Shown piece by piece: positions 26,582 through 37,536 of a stretch of 64,000 nt of DNA. The position numbers were made by a program, and so were the translations under genes. The stretch is from contig JACQQF010000040.1 in NCBI GenBank assembly GCA_016207095.1, positions 17,003 through 81,002 on the forward strand, given 5' to 3'. Position 1 is the stretch's first letter. Each line of letters opens with the position of its first letter. The notes below the pieces were generated by a model. The model did not search any database. It saw only the letters and a list, made by a program, of their open reading frames with translations, and was not told the DNA's origin. The stretch is from Candidatus Methylomirabilota bacterium. Lineage in GTDB: Bacteria; Methylomirabilota; Methylomirabilia; Methylomirabilales; Methylomirabilaceae.

Positions 26582-27837
26582 CCCTCACCCACCTGGGACA
26601 ACCCCTCGGAACGGCCAAGGAGTTTTGCCGCAACCTCTACATCCTTGTCGCCGCGACCCGAGAGATTGATCACCACGATCCGGTCCTTCTCGAGGGTCGG
26701 CGCCAGCTTCTTGACATGCGCGACCGCGTGCGCGCTCTCGAGGGCTGGAATCAGCCCCTCGAACTCGCTGAGAAGCTGAAAGGCCTCCAGCGCTTCATCA
26801 TCGGTGGCTGACACATAGTCGATCCGGCCCAGGTCCCGGTAGTAGCTGTGTTCAGGGCCCACGCTCGGATAATCGAGTCCGGCGGACACCGAATGCGTCG
26901 TCTGGATTTGGCCGTCCCCATCCTGCAGGACGAAGCTCATCGTGCCGTGGAGGATGCCCAACTCTCCGGTCGCGAACCGAGCGGCGTGGCGGCCGCTGGC
27001 GATCCCCAGGCCGCCGGCCTCCACTCCGATCATACGGACAGAGGGCTCCTCGAGGAAGTCAAAAAAGAGGCCGAGCGAGTTGCTGCCTCCCCCAACGCAC
27101 GCCACGAGGTAGTCAGGGAGCCGCCCCTCACATTTCAGTATCTGGTTCCTCGTCTCACGGCCGATCACCGCCTGAAAATCCCGAACCATCATCGGGTAGG
27201 GATGGGCACCCAGGACCGATCCCAGGATATAATGAGTGGTGTCGATGTTCGTGACCCAGTCGCGCATCGCCTCATTGATGGCGTCCTTCAAGGTCCGGCT
27301 CCCTGCCTCAACGGGCACGACCTTTGCGCCGAGGAGTCGCATACGGACGACGTTCAGGGCTTGTCGCCGCATGTCCTCGGTACCCATGAAGACCTCACAC
27401 GCCATTCCGAACCGGGCGGCGACTGTTGCCGTGGCAACCCCATGCTGCCCCGCACCCGTTTCGGCGATGACTCTCGGCTTTCCCATGCGGCGAGTGAGGA
27501 GGATCTGACCCAGGGTATTATTAATCTTGTGGGCGCCGGTGTGACAGAGATCCTCACGCTTGAGGTAAATCCGCGCCCCTCCAAGATGCTCGGTCAGCCG
27601 CTCGGCGAAATACAGGGGCGTAGGACGCCCGACGTAGTCGCGGAGATACCCCTGCATCTCGGACTCGAATGCCGGATCGGCCTTGGCCTTGAGGTAGACC
27701 TGCTCCAACTCTTGGAGCGCCGCCATCAGGGTCTCGGGGACAAACTTTCCCCCGTATCTCCCGAAGTGTCCGCTGGCATCGGGGATGGCTCCCCGACGCC
27801 CCGGCTCAGCGCGCTCCGGCCTTCTTTGCTTGGTCAA
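26578..27837 (-). CDS. trpB: tryptophan synthase beta chain
   Basis: [16 protein letters not shown]...HTGAHKINN...GGGSN.. signatures. The track ORF extends to 27939, deep into trpF. I prefer the in-frame TTG 27837 preceded by GGGAG; ATG 27900 is the alternative. The start is uncertain. Confidence 0.9.
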   Translation of the reverse strand: MTKQRRPERAEPGRRGAIPDASGHFGRYGGKFVPETLMAALQELEQVYLKAKADPAFESEMQGYLRDYVGRPTPLYFAERLTEHLGGARIYLKREDLCHTGAHKINNTLGQILLTRRMGKPRVIAETGAGQHGVATATVAARFGMACEVFMGTEDMRRQALNVVRMRLLGAKVVPVEAGSRTLKDAINEAMRDWVTNIDTTHYILGSVLGAHPYPMMVRDFQAVIGRETRNQILKCEGRLPDYLVACVGGGSNSLGLFFDFLEEPSVRMIGVEAGGLGIASGRHAARFATGELGILHGTMSFVLQDGDGQIQTTHSVSAGLDYPSVGPEHSYYRDLGRIDYVSATDDEALEAFQLLSEFEGLIPALESAHAVAHVKKLAPTLEKDRIVVINLSGRGDKDVEVAAKLLGRSEGLSQVGEG

Positions 27838-28429
27838 TGAACTCCCGCACCTTTCGATGATCTTTCCGGCCGGGTGAGGACTCGACCCCACTGCAGACAT
27901 CGACGGCGTACGGCCTGACCTGAACCACCGCCCTGGCAACCGTCTCAGGCGTCAGCCCGCCGGAAAGAATGATCCGAGACTCGCGCGCGGCTCGGGCCGC
28001 GATCTCCCACGGGAAGGTCTTTCCCGTCCCGCCGAGCCGGTCGGGGACGTAGGTGTCAAGGAGAAAGGCCCTCGCCCGCTTGTACTGGTGGAGCCCTGCC
28101 ACGTCCCCTTCGCCCTGAACCCGGATCGCTTTCACGTAGGGGAGTCGTAGGCGCGCGCACTCTCCTGGGGGCTCGCTGCCGTGAAGTTGCGCCAGGGAGA
28201 TTCCAGATGCGGTCGCGATCTCCTCGATCTGTTCAGCCGTCCGGTCGATGAAGACCCCCACGGTGGCAACGAATGGCGGCATCTCTATCGTGATGGCTGC
28301 GGCCTCCTCCGGCTCGATCCAGCGGGGGGTGCCCTCCACGAAGATGAAGCCAAGGGCATCCGCCCCGGCCTCCACCGCAGCCCACGCGTCCTCGCGCGAC
28401 GTGATCCCGCAGATCTTGACCCGTGTCAT
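27806..28429 (-). CDS. trpF: phosphoribosylanthranilate isomerase
   Basis: 207 aa, [30 protein letters not shown]... Confidence 0.9.
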   Translation of the reverse strand: MTRVKICGITSREDAWAAVEAGADALGFIFVEGTPRWIEPEEAAAITIEMPPFVATVGVFIDRTAEQIEEIATASGISLAQLHGSEPPGECARLRLPYVKAIRVQGEGDVAGLHQYKRARAFLLDTYVPDRLGGTGKTFPWEIAARAARESRIILSGGLTPETVARAVVQVRPYAVDVCSGVESSPGRKDHRKVREFIDQAKKAGAR

Positions 28430-29232
28430 CCCGTCGCCCCTCGCAACAACTCCTGAAGCTTCCCGCCGGGGTCCGTGCTCTTCAGCAGCGCTTCCCCGAC
28501 CAGGATCGCATCCACTCCCGCCTCTGACAAACGCCGCACCTCCTCCGGTCGACCGATGCCGCTCTCACTCACGACAACCGCCTCTGGCGCCATATGCGGA
28601 AGGAGCGCGAACGTCGTCTCCAACCGTGTTTCAAGGGTGGCAAGGTCGCGATTGTTGATCCCGATCAGCGTGGCCCACGCCTTGCGCGCGACGTCAAGCT
28701 CTGCCAAGGTGTGGACCTCCACCAGCGGGTGCAGTGAGAGCGATGTGGCCAGGGAATGCAGGTCCAGGAGTTGGAACGGATCGAGGGCCGCGGCGATGAG
28801 TAACACAGCATCCGCGCCATGCACCCGGCTCTCGTAGATCTGGTAGGGCTCGACGATGAACTCCTTTCGTAACAGCGGAAGATCGACTGCGCCTTTCGCT
28901 GTCGCCAGATCCTTCAGGCTTCCCCTGAAGAACGGGCCGTCCGTCAGGACCGAGATGGCGCAGGCCCCCGCCGCCCGGTAGGTAGTCGCCATCTGGGCCA
29001 CATCAAGGGGATCGCGGATCGTCCCGTGTGATGGAGATGCCCGCTTGATCTCGGCGATCGCTCTGAGCGGTGAGACACGCTTCGCCCCCTTTCGCGCCCG
29101 CGCGACGGCCCGGATAAAATCGCGTGGAGGAGGCGAGTCCAGCGCCCTCGCCCTCAGCTCCGCCAGCGGGATGGCAGTCGCCCGCTCTGCGACCTCCTCC
29201 CGTTTTCGCTCGAGAATGGTACGGAGGATCAC
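28426..29232 (-). CDS. trpC: indole-3-glycerol phosphate synthase
   Basis: 268 aa, ...AIAEIKRASPS.G.I...ISVLTD..FF.GS...LLRKEFIV.PYQI...IGINNRDL... Confidence 0.9.
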   Translation of the reverse strand: MILRTILERKREEVAERATAIPLAELRARALDSPPPRDFIRAVARARKGAKRVSPLRAIAEIKRASPSHGTIRDPLDVAQMATTYRAAGACAISVLTDGPFFRGSLKDLATAKGAVDLPLLRKEFIVEPYQIYESRVHGADAVLLIAAALDPFQLLDLHSLATSLSLHPLVEVHTLAELDVARKAWATLIGINNRDLATLETRLETTFALLPHMAPEAVVVSESGIGRPEEVRRLSEAGVDAILVGEALLKSTDPGGKLQELLRGATG

Positions 29233-29241
29233 CGCTCATCC

Positions 29242-30297
29242 TCAGTGGGCGCTGTGTCGCCGGCTGAACTCCACCAAGCGGCGGAGTTTCTCCATGGCGG
29301 CGCCGCTGTCGATCGATTGAGCGGCTATCTTGACACCCTCGTGGAAGTCATTGGCCTTGCCGCCCGCGGCGATGGCCAGCGAGGCATTCATCAGCACGAC
29401 GTCACGCTTCGGGCCCTCCTCTCCGCCCAGAAGGCTCCTGATGATCTGGGCGTTTTCCGCGGCATTGCCCCCCTGCAGGTCACTGAGACGCGACCGCCTC
29501 GCGCCGAAATCCTCCGGCGACACCCTGTAGGTGTGGACGTGACCTCCCCTCACCTCTGAGACCTGGCTCTCGCCCGAGGCCGAGATCTCATCCAGGCCGT
29601 CAAGGCCGTGAACGACGAACGCCCGCCGGGAACCCAACTCATTCAACACCCGCGCCAAGACCTCGGTGAGCCCCTCCTGATAGACACCCATCACCTGGGC
29701 GGATGCTCCCGCCGGGTTGGTGAGCGGCCCCAGGATATTGAAGACCGTCCGGATTCGGATCTCCCGGCGGGCCGTCATCACGTACTTCATCGCCTTGTGA
29801 AGCAACGGCGCGTAGAGGAAGCCGATGCCCACCTCGTCGATGCACTGTCCCACCTGTTCGGGCGGCAACTCGATGTTCACGCCCAATGCCTCGATCACGT
29901 CGGCGCTCCCGCACAAGCTCGACACAGAACGGTTACCGTGTTTGGCCACCGGGATCCCGGCACCGGCGACGACGAACGCGGTAGCGGTCGAGATGTTGAA
30001 CGTATTGCTCGCATCGCCCCCGGTGCCGCACGTGTCCACAAGCGCCTCCCGGTCGGTGCCCGAGATCGATGCGTCCACTGGGCCGCGCACCTTCACGGGG
30101 GACACCTTCTCACGCATCGCCCTGGCAAAACCGGTGATCTCCGCAACCGTTTCGCCCTTGAGTCGAAGGGCGGTGAGAAACGCCGCGATCTGCGCGTCGG
30201 TCGCCTTCCCGGACATGATCTCATCCATGGTCATGAAGGCCTCTTCCGCGCTCAGGTTCTCCCGCTCCACCACCTTCTTCAACGATTCGAGGATCAT
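29242..30297 (-). CDS. trpD: anthranilate phosphoribosyltransferase
   Basis: 351 aa, ...VDTCGTGGD.SNTFNISTA.AFV.AGAG..VAKHGNRS.SS..GSADV.EALG... Confidence 0.9.
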   Translation of the reverse strand: MILESLKKVVERENLSAEEAFMTMDEIMSGKATDAQIAAFLTALRLKGETVAEITGFARAMREKVSPVKVRGPVDASISGTDREALVDTCGTGGDASNTFNISTATAFVVAGAGIPVAKHGNRSVSSLCGSADVIEALGVNIELPPEQVGQCIDEVGIGFLYAPLLHKAMKYVMTARREIRIRTVFNILGPLTNPAGASAQVMGVYQEGLTEVLARVLNELGSRRAFVVHGLDGLDEISASGESQVSEVRGGHVHTYRVSPEDFGARRSRLSDLQGGNAAENAQIIRSLLGGEEGPKRDVVLMNASLAIAAGGKANDFHEGVKIAAQSIDSGAAMEKLRRLVEFSRRHSAH

Positions 30298-30318
30298 GAC
30301 ACGCCTCCGACAGCCTCC

Positions 30319-30891
30319 TCAGGAGAGGGCGAGGAAGTTCCTGAGCAGCCCCTTGCCTTCCTTCGTGAGAATCGATTCGGGATGAAACTGTATCCCTTCG
30401 ATCGGGTACTCCTTATGGCGAACGCCCATGATCTCGCCCTCGGCCGTCTCGGCCGAGATCTCCAGACAACTCGGAAGCTCACCTCGGTCCACCAACAGGG
30501 AATGATAACGCGTCGCCTCAAACGGGTTCTGCAGCCCTTCAAAGATGGTCCGGCCGTCGTGGTGGATCGGGGAGGTCTTGCCATGCATGAGCCGCCCGGC
30601 CCGCACGACCCTCCCGCCAAACGCGGCGCCAATACACTGGTGGCCCAGACAGACCCCAAGAACCGGCACCTGTCCGGCAAATCGCAGGATGAGGTCGCAA
30701 CAGATCCCGGCTTCCTTTGGTGTCTTCGGTCCCGGAGAGATCACGATCCGATCCGGTCGAAGCTGCGCGAGCTCTTCGAGCGCGATCTGGTCATTCCGGA
30801 ACACGCGGGGGCGTTCGCCAAGCTCTCCCAAATACTGAACCAGATTATAGGTGAAGGAATCGTAGTTGTCGATGACGACCAGCATCTGCAC
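30319..30891 (-). CDS. trpG: anthranilate synthase component II (glutamine amidotransferase)
   Basis: 190 aa, [16 protein letters not shown]...GPKTP...VLGVCLGHQ..., followed by ...GIQFHPES. Confidence 0.9.
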   Translation of the reverse strand: MQMLVVIDNYDSFTYNLVQYLGELGERPRVFRNDQIALEELAQLRPDRIVISPGPKTPKEAGICCDLILRFAGQVPVLGVCLGHQCIGAAFGGRVVRAGRLMHGKTSPIHHDGRTIFEGLQNPFEATRYHSLLVDRGELPSCLEISAETAEGEIMGVRHKEYPIEGIQFHPESILTKEGKGLLRNFLALS

Positions 30892-30896
30892 CCCGC

Positions 30897-32399
30897 TCAG
30901 CCAACGAGAAGGTGGCCCGATTCCGCCATCTCGATCGCCTTGATCATCCCCTTCGCCTTGTTCATCGTCTCCTCATACTCCCGTTCCGGATTGGAATCAG
31001 CAACTATGCCGGCACCGACCTGAACGTGGGCGTTTCCCTCGGCGATCAGCACCGTGCGGATCGTAATGCACGTGTCCATGTTGCCGGAGAAGCCGAAATA
31101 CCCGACGGCGCCCGCATAGGGCCCCCGACGGACCCGTTCCAGCTCCTCGATGATTTCCATGGCCCGGATCTTCGGGGCGCCGGTCACGGTGCCTGCTGGA
31201 AAGCAGGCTCGGAGCAGATCAAAGGCGTCACGCCCTTCCTCCAACTCCCCGTTGATGTTCGAGACGATATGCATCACGTGGGAGTATCGCTCGACGACCA
31301 TCAGCTCGGTGACCTTGACCGAACCGATCCGCGCCACCCTCCCGACATCATTGCGGCCAAGATCCACCAGCATGATATGCTCCGCCCGCTCCTTGGGATC
31401 ATCGAGGAGCTCGCGTTCGAGGGCCAGGTCGTGCTCCTCGTTGCTCCCCCTGGGACGGGTCCCCGCGATCGGACGAAGGTGGATCCTGCTTCCTTCCAAT
31501 CGAACCAGCACCTCGGGCGAACTGCCGACCACCCGCAGATCGCCGAGTCGCAGGTAGTACATGTATGGCGACGGATTGACCACGCGCAGGGCGCGATAGA
31601 TATCAAAGGGATCCGCGGAGGTCTTGGCCGAGAGGCGCTGGGAGACCACCGCCTGAACGATATCCCCGGCCCGCACATACTCTTTCGCATGCTCGACGAC
31701 CCGTAGAAACTCTTCGCGGCTCATCGTGGAGCTTAACTGAAACCCTTCTCCTGCTCCGCGGCGCTCCTCCGACGCGCCCAGCGGGCGCCGCAGCGCCCTG
31801 ATGATGCCATCGATCTTACGTGTCGCCTCCTCGTAGGCGCGCCGAAGCCCCTCGGGCGATGGGTCAGGAACATAGGCGTTCGAGACCACCTTGATCCGGT
31901 GAGAGACATTATCGAAGATCACCAGGGTGTCGGTAAGCAGGAACAGGGCATCCGGCAGGTCGAGATCATCTTTGGTCGTAGCCGGAAGCCGCTCGAATTG
32001 ACGGACCACGTCGTAGGCCAGAAACCCGACCATTCCCCCACAAAACCTTGGGAGGTCATCGGCTCGCACCGGCCGGTACCGGCTCAAGATCGCCTTGAGG
32101 GGTTCGAGTACGTCTGTGTTGATCTCGTGGAACTGGATCCCATCGCTGGTGATCACCTCTGCCCTGGACCCCTTTGCCTTGAAGACGAGGCCCGGGTTGC
32201 TGCCGAGAAAACTGTATCGCCCCCACTTCTCCCCACCTTCGATACTCTCCAGGAGGAAGGCATAATCGCCGCTATCGATCTTTCGAAATGCGGAGACCGG
32301 CGTTTCCATGTCGGCGAGGATCTCGCAATAGACCGGGATCAGGTTGCCTTCCCTGGCCTTCCGTGAGAATTCATCGAAGGATGGGCTGAGCATATCCAC
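30897..32399 (-). CDS. trpE: anthranilate synthase component I
   Basis: 500 aa with chorismate-binding domain signatures (...[21 protein letters not shown]...[10 protein letters not shown]...). Confidence 0.95.
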   Translation of the reverse strand: MDMLSPSFDEFSRKAREGNLIPVYCEILADMETPVSAFRKIDSGDYAFLLESIEGGEKWGRYSFLGSNPGLVFKAKGSRAEVITSDGIQFHEINTDVLEPLKAILSRYRPVRADDLPRFCGGMVGFLAYDVVRQFERLPATTKDDLDLPDALFLLTDTLVIFDNVSHRIKVVSNAYVPDPSPEGLRRAYEEATRKIDGIIRALRRPLGASEERRGAGEGFQLSSTMSREEFLRVVEHAKEYVRAGDIVQAVVSQRLSAKTSADPFDIYRALRVVNPSPYMYYLRLGDLRVVGSSPEVLVRLEGSRIHLRPIAGTRPRGSNEEHDLALERELLDDPKERAEHIMLVDLGRNDVGRVARIGSVKVTELMVVERYSHVMHIVSNINGELEEGRDAFDLLRACFPAGTVTGAPKIRAMEIIEELERVRRGPYAGAVGYFGFSGNMDTCITIRTVLIAEGNAHVQVGAGIVADSNPEREYEETMNKAKGMIKAIEMAESGHLLVG

Positions 32400-32553
32400 C
32401 TGCTTTGCTATTGTTCGACCGGAAAGGTGTCGCGTTCACACATCACACCCCTCGGTGTCCCCGGGCCAAAAACCGGTCACCGGGAGGTTCGGCGTGGGAA
32501 TGTCGCTGAGGGTCGTAGGATATCGTGGACGGGTTGCCCTGGGGAGCGGCGAC

Positions 32554-32883
32554 CTAGAGATGCTGTTGGATCTTCGTTTTGATCGCCGATTTCGGCAGAG
32601 CGCCGATGACCTGCTCAACCTGTGACCCATCCTTGAAAAAGAGGATGGTCGGGATACTTCTGATGCCGAATTGGGCTGCCGTCTGGCGATTCTCGTCCAC
32701 GTTCAGTTTTGTAACGGTCATCCGTCCCTCATATTCGACCGCGAGATCCTCGAGTATAGGAGCGACCATCCGGCAGGGAGCGCACCACTCAGCCCAAAAA
32801 TCGACGAGGATCAGCCCCTTCCCCTTGATGACCCGCTCCTCAAAGTCGGCGTCAGTGACGTGAACGGCTTTATCGGACGCCAT
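32554..32883 (-). CDS. trxA: thioredoxin (WCAPC active-site variant)
   Basis: I trimmed the start to ATG 32883, which is preceded by GGGAGGG. MASDKAVHVTDADFEERVIKGKGLILVDFWAEWCAPCRMVAP...GIRSIPTILFFKDG. Confidence 0.9.
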   Translation of the reverse strand: MASDKAVHVTDADFEERVIKGKGLILVDFWAEWCAPCRMVAPILEDLAVEYEGRMTVTKLNVDENRQTAAQFGIRSIPTILFFKDGSQVEQVIGALPKSAIKTKIQQHL

Positions 32884-33006
32884 GCGGCCCTCCCTCTGGC
32901 CCTTATGAAACAATGCCCTCGCCGGGCTCTCCGTCAAGGGCAGCCGTATAGTAAAGGACAGGACGCCCAAGTGTCAAGCTGTTTCAAACCGTTGGCGATG
33001 AGCGGG

Positions 33007-33036
33007 TTGACGGAACGGCGGCGCAAGAGTTATGAT
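33007..33036 (+). promoter_or_regulatory. sigma-70-type promoter candidate for rnc (would give a leaderless or near-leaderless mRNA)
   Basis: TTGACG (33007-12), N18, TATGAT (33031-36). The rnc ATG at 33042 lies only 5 nt after the -10 box, and there is no SD. Confidence 0.35.
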
Positions 33037-33041
33037 GCAGC

Positions 33042-33758
33042 ATGCCTAGAGGGTCGAGATCCCCTGCCGCACGCCTGCCCACCTCCGTCTTCGGCCATCG
33101 ATTTAGGGATGAAACACTCCTCGAGGCCGCGCTGAGCCACCCTTCTTCAGTCGACAGCTCGCTGGCCCACCTGCGACGTCGCTACCAGCAGCTTGAGTTC
33201 CTGGGCGATGCGGTATGGAATTGCTGTATCAGCGAGGCCCTGATTTCCCTCTTGCCAGGGGCCCCAGAGGGCGAATTGAGTCTTTGTCGTGCGCGCCTCG
33301 TCAGCGCTGCTGCCCTGGCCGAACTCGCGAAAAGCCTCGACCTTCCTCCCTTGCTCTTCCTGAGTAAGGGGGAAGAGTCGACCGGTGGTAGGGAGCGCGC
33401 TTCCGTCCTGTCTGGCGGCTTTGAAGCTGTCATCGGGGCGATCTATTTGGATGGCGGCGGGGCACTCATCCGTCGGTTGGCGCGCAGCGTTTGCGACGAT
33501 CAGCTTCCTGGTGTGAGGCTCGGCTGCGATCCGAAAACCGCGTTGCAACAGTTGATGCAATCCCGCTTCCACGAAACGCCTCGCTATCATCTGCTTTGTC
33601 GTTCAGGCCCTCCCCATGCCCCATCATTCGAGGTCGAGGTCCGAGTCGGCCAATCGGCTATCGGCCGGGGAAGCGGGCGAAACAAGCAGGATGCCGAGCA
33701 GGAGGCTGCTCGTCTGGCGATGGCGGCTTTTGGCCATCCACATACCCACAATATCTAG
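33042..33758 (+). CDS. rnc: ribonuclease III
   Basis: 238 aa with ...LLEAALSHPS...QQLEFLGDAVWNCCISEAL (RNase III signature) and a C-terminal dsRBD (...HAPSFEVEVRV...G.GRNKQDAEQEAA). Confidence 0.9.
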   Translation: MPRGSRSPAARLPTSVFGHRFRDETLLEAALSHPSSVDSSLAHLRRRYQQLEFLGDAVWNCCISEALISLLPGAPEGELSLCRARLVSAAALAELAKSLDLPPLLFLSKGEESTGGRERASVLSGGFEAVIGAIYLDGGGALIRRLARSVCDDQLPGVRLGCDPKTALQQLMQSRFHETPRYHLLCRSGPPHAPSFEVEVRVGQSAIGRGSGRNKQDAEQEAARLAMAAFGHPHTHNI

Positions 33759-33924
33759 TAGTGAGACTCCACCTAACTACTGGCTCTTGTAATTACCCTT
33801 GACACCGAGAAATATGACATGATACCCTTGCCGCCATTAAGGCCGTTCCGGGGCCTCGCTTCTCTCGAGTTGTGTTCGACAAACATGAGATGGCTATGAC
33901 AACCGCAAAAGGCCACCTGAGACG

Positions 33925-36900
33925 ATGCGGCTAACGCGGCTTTCCCTCTTCGGGTTCAAATCGTTTGCCGAGAAGGTCGAAGTTACCTTTGAACCCGGCA
34001 TCACGGCGATCGTTGGACCCAACGGCTGCGGCAAGAGCAATCTATCAGACGCCATCCGATGGGCCCTCGGAGAACAGAGCGCGAAGCTGCTCCGAGGGGA
34101 CCGAATGGATGACCTGATTTTCGCCGGAAACAGTGGACGTAAACCCCTCGGGGTGGCCGATGTATCCCTGACCTTTACCGATAACCATGGCGACATTCCT
34201 ACAGAGTTCCACGAGGTGACGGTCACCCGCCGACTGTATCGCTCCGGAGAGAGCGAGTACCTGCTCAACCATGTTCCGTGCCGTCTCCGAGATATCACCG
34301 ATCTGTTCCTCGATACCGGGCTTGGGGGTGAGCCCTACGCTCTCATCGAGCAAGGCTCCATCGGAGACGCCGTGAGCTCGAAGGGACACGAGCGCAGGCT
34401 CCTCATCGAGGAGGCTGCCGGCATCATGACCTATAAGGTGCGAAAGAAGTCGGCACTGGTGAAGTTAGAGTCGGCAGAGCAGAACCTGCTTCGGGTCAAC
34501 GATATTATTCACGAGGTCGAGCGGCAGCGAAACTCGCTCAAGCGACAGGCGAACAAGGCGGAGCGCTACCGCGCCTACCAGGAACGGCTTCGAGAACTCA
34601 AGGGTTTTCTGAAATTCCATGAGGGTCAACAACTGCAACAACAGCTTGATGCGGCGGAGCATTCGGAACGGGCAGCGCAGCAGGACGTCGACTCCGTGCA
34701 GGCTGCACTCGTCGCCCTGGAAGCCCAGCAGGAATCGATTCGGATCCGCGAGCTGGAACAAGGTCAAGCGAGGGCGTCCTTCCAACAGCGGCTCTACGAT
34801 ACCAGGGCTCGCCTGTCCCGTGATGAGGCCGAGCTCAGCCACCTGCGTCAGATGCTCGATGCGTCGACCAACCAACTCGAGGAGCGGCGGCGGCGTCTGA
34901 CGCGACTGCAGGAGCGGACGGCTGTCCTGACGCAGGAGGAAACGCCCACGCGAGAGCGGGAACGGCTCCTCTCTGGAGAGCTCGAATCCCAGCGCAAGCA
35001 TCTCGATCTGAAGTCATCAATGCTTCGAGGGCTGGAGGAGACGATCGCGGAAGGGGTGAGTGGGCTTGAGAACCGGCGGCGACGTCTCATCCAAGACGCC
35101 GCGTTGCTCGCCGAGCGACGAAATCACCTCAGCGGCCTCCGAGAGCGAGAGCGCTTGTACGGTAAACAACGCGACATCGCCGGTCAGCGTAAGGGCGGGC
35201 TGGAACAGCAGGATCGAGACCTCGCCACCCTTGAGGAGCAACAGCGCCGATTCCTTGCTCGAGTCGTCGAACAACTTGCGCAGGTTCATGGGGAACGGGA
35301 TGAGCTGACCCAGCAGGCACTCGCGGAGGAGTCTGGCAGAGACGCCATCAGGCCTGAGCGTGATAGCCTCCGGGAGGAGACCGCACGGCTCAATAGCCGT
35401 CTGACATCCCTTATAGAACTGAGCGAGAGCTTCGAGGGCTACGATGGCGGACACCGATTCCTCCTCCAGCGAAAAGCCGGCGGAGAATCTCGGTTGACAG
35501 GACTGAAGGCCTCTCTTGCCGAGCTTATCGAGGTGCCGCCCCGCTATGAGCGAGCGGTAGAGGTCTTGCTCGGCGACACGCTGCAGGGGCTTGTGATCGG
35601 GCGGGCCGACGACGCTGAGGAGGCCATTCGTCTCTTGACCGAGCGGGGCCAGGGTCGCGCGACGTTCATCCTTTCTCCCGGGAGCCGCTCCGGCCCCGAA
35701 ACGATGCCCTCCCTGGCGCGGCACACTGGCCCAGCGCCCTCAGTTGTATTGGCAGGCGGGGTTATGCTGGAGGGCGTTGCCATCGACCTGATCCACTGCG
35801 CCGAGGGCGATCGGCCTCTCATCGAAGCTCTGCTCGCCGACGGAATCATCGTCAAAGATCTCTCCGACGCGCTCTCCCTCCGTCGGCACCTCCCTCCCCC
35901 GTTCGCGATTGCCACCCTGGCTGGCGAGTTGGTCACCAGCCGTGGAATCATCGTCGGCGGCCCGGGAGGTGGCGGTGGGATCCTCTCGCGACGGCGCGAG
36001 ATCTCCGAACTCCAGGAACAGGCCCGTCACCGTCACGAGAGCCTCCTGGCCGTCGACGCCTCATGGGAGGCTTCTTGTCGCCGCTCATCACAGTTAACAG
36101 ACTCCCTGGAGTCGCTGACCCGCCGACTTGATGAAGTGAAGATCGATCGCCTCAAGGCCGAAAAGGAGCTCTCCCACACGAGTGGCGAGCGGCGCCGGCT
36201 CCTTCAGCAGATCGAGGTGTTGACGTACGAAGCGAAAAGTCATGAGGAGGACCTCCGGGTCTTGACCGATGAGATCCGGAGATTCGAATCCAGTCTGCTG
36301 GAGGACGAGGGACGATACGCTGCCTCGCAAGCCGATGCTGCCCGGCTCGAGGCCGAGGCAGCCGTCCACCAGCAGGCCCGCGACAACCTCATCGGTGATG
36401 TCGGTGAACTCCGCGTGCAGCTCACCTCACTCCAGGCGCAGCGAGATCTCCTCGCTCTTGGACTCGCCAGGATCGAAGACGAGAGTGGTCAACTTGTTCG
36501 CGAGATGGAAGCGCTCGAAGCCGAGTTGACCGAGGAAGAGACGCGGCGGAAACAGATGGAGGCGACCATCGCTCATCTCCATGAGCGCCTCACGGCGCTG
36601 ATACAGGAGGAGGGAGTGGCGCAGCGGGCGGCCGCTGAGCAGGACAAGGCACATCAGGAACTCGTCGAGGAGCGTGAATCGTTAGAGGAGCGCGTTCGAG
36701 CGCTGAGGCAGTCGCTCGCCCACGTACAGCAGGCCCTGAGCGCGACGGCTATACGGCGCGCCGAACTACGGAACACCATATCCCTTTTCGAAGACGCCTT
36801 GCGCGATGAAGGGCTCGAACAGGTGGAGGCGATCGCCGTACGGCTCTCCGAAAACGGCCTTGGCCTCGAGGAGGCCAACTCTGAACTGGCAGACGTCACC

Positions 36901-37518
36901 GCGAAGATCGCGGAGCTTGGTGGCGTCAATCTTGCCGCCCTGGAGGAATACCAGGAGTTGGCTGGGCGGCACCACTTCCTCTCGGTCCAAGCCCAGGACC
37001 TCCACTCTTCTGTCCGATCGCTCCGCGCTGCCATCACTGAGATCAACACCACTATTCAGCAACGGTTCAATGAGACCCTCATGACCGTCAACGGCCATCT
37101 GGATCGGTTGTGGAAGAGACTCTTCTCGGGTGGCGAGGCGCAGCTCCAAGCGGTTGAACTTGAGCCGGGAGACGAGGAGCCGGGGCTCGAGTTGGTGGTG
37201 CGCGTCCCTGGCAAGCGCGCCACTCTCAATCTTTTGTCTGGAGGCGAAAAGGCGCTCGCGGCCCTGGCGCTGCTGCTGGCGCTATTTGAGACTCGCCCAA
37301 GCCCCTTCTGTCTGTTGGACGAAGTGGATGCCCCACTCGACGATGTGAATGCAGAGCGCTTCGTGTCACTACTGAAGGAAATGGCCGCGACCTCCCAGTT
37401 TATCCTGATCACACACAACAAGCGGACGATGGAAGCCGCTGATATCCTCTATGGGGTCACCATGGAGGAACATGGTGTTTCCAAACTTCTCTCTCTTCGA
37501 ATGGCCCGGGCCGCTTAA
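33925..37518 (+). CDS. smc: chromosome partition protein Smc
   Basis: 1197 aa with a Walker A motif (MRLTRLSLFGFKSFAEK...IVGPNGCGKSN), long coiled coils, a hinge, and LSGGEKALAALALLLA...LLDEVDAPLD at the C-terminus. Confidence 0.95.
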   Translation: MRLTRLSLFGFKSFAEKVEVTFEPGITAIVGPNGCGKSNLSDAIRWALGEQSAKLLRGDRMDDLIFAGNSGRKPLGVADVSLTFTDNHGDIPTEFHEVTVTRRLYRSGESEYLLNHVPCRLRDITDLFLDTGLGGEPYALIEQGSIGDAVSSKGHERRLLIEEAAGIMTYKVRKKSALVKLESAEQNLLRVNDIIHEVERQRNSLKRQANKAERYRAYQERLRELKGFLKFHEGQQLQQQLDAAEHSERAAQQDVDSVQAALVALEAQQESIRIRELEQGQARASFQQRLYDTRARLSRDEAELSHLRQMLDASTNQLEERRRRLTRLQERTAVLTQEETPTRERERLLSGELESQRKHLDLKSSMLRGLEETIAEGVSGLENRRRRLIQDAALLAERRNHLSGLRERERLYGKQRDIAGQRKGGLEQQDRDLATLEEQQRRFLARVVEQLAQVHGERDELTQQALAEESGRDAIRPERDSLREETARLNSRLTSLIELSESFEGYDGGHRFLLQRKAGGESRLTGLKASLAELIEVPPRYERAVEVLLGDTLQGLVIGRADDAEEAIRLLTERGQGRATFILSPGSRSGPETMPSLARHTGPAPSVVLAGGVMLEGVAIDLIHCAEGDRPLIEALLADGIIVKDLSDALSLRRHLPPPFAIATLAGELVTSRGIIVGGPGGGGGILSRRREISELQEQARHRHESLLAVDASWEASCRRSSQLTDSLESLTRRLDEVKIDRLKAEKELSHTSGERRRLLQQIEVLTYEAKSHEEDLRVLTDEIRRFESSLLEDEGRYAASQADAARLEAEAAVHQQARDNLIGDVGELRVQLTSLQAQRDLLALGLARIEDESGQLVREMEALEAELTEEETRRKQMEATIAHLHERLTALIQEEGVAQRAAAEQDKAHQELVEERESLEERVRALRQSLAHVQQALSATAIRRAELRNTISLFEDALRDEGLEQVEAIAVRLSENGLGLEEANSELADVTAKIAELGGVNLAALEEYQELAGRHHFLSVQAQDLHSSVRSLRAAITEINTTIQQRFNETLMTVNGHLDRLWKRLFSGGEAQLQAVELEPGDEEPGLELVVRVPGKRATLNLLSGGEKALAALALLLALFETRPSPFCLLDEVDAPLDDVNAERFVSLLKEMAATSQFILITHNKRTMEAADILYGVTMEEHGVSKLLSLRMARAA

Positions 37519-37536
37519 CGGCGCACCCTCCGACCG

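Noticed and set aside
26578-27939. N-terminal extensions of track ORFs. These are trpB to 27939, sdhB to 53183, sdhA to 55242, icd to 58691, rpmF to 48607, trxA to 32970, acpP to 44528, fabF to 44281, der to 60565 and tyrA to 63878. I considered whether they were real long N-termini or overlapping genes.
   Set aside because: The extensions overlap upstream genes or promoters and are Arg/Pro/Ser-rich with no family counterpart. Internal starts with SD sequences or 4-nt coupling overlaps reproduce the canonical family N-termini.
29608-31023. Long ORFs antisense to real genes: 29608-31023 + (471 aa), 3757-4797 + (346 aa), 62637-63653 + (338 aa), 50639-50644-type overlaps, 40295-41056 - (253 aa) and 41368-42063 - (231 aa).
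   Set aside because: These are typical high-GC shadow ORFs, Arg/Pro/Gly/Ala-rich and of low complexity. Each lies opposite a gene with unambiguous family signatures.
32400-32553. The 154-nt region upstream of trpE, examined for a Trp-codon leader peptide or attenuator.
   Set aside because: There is no small ORF with tandem TGG codons. The only candidate is a weak 4-bp stem (CCGG-TGA-CCGG) followed by TTTTT on the - strand. That is more simply a weak trxA terminator than a trp attenuator.
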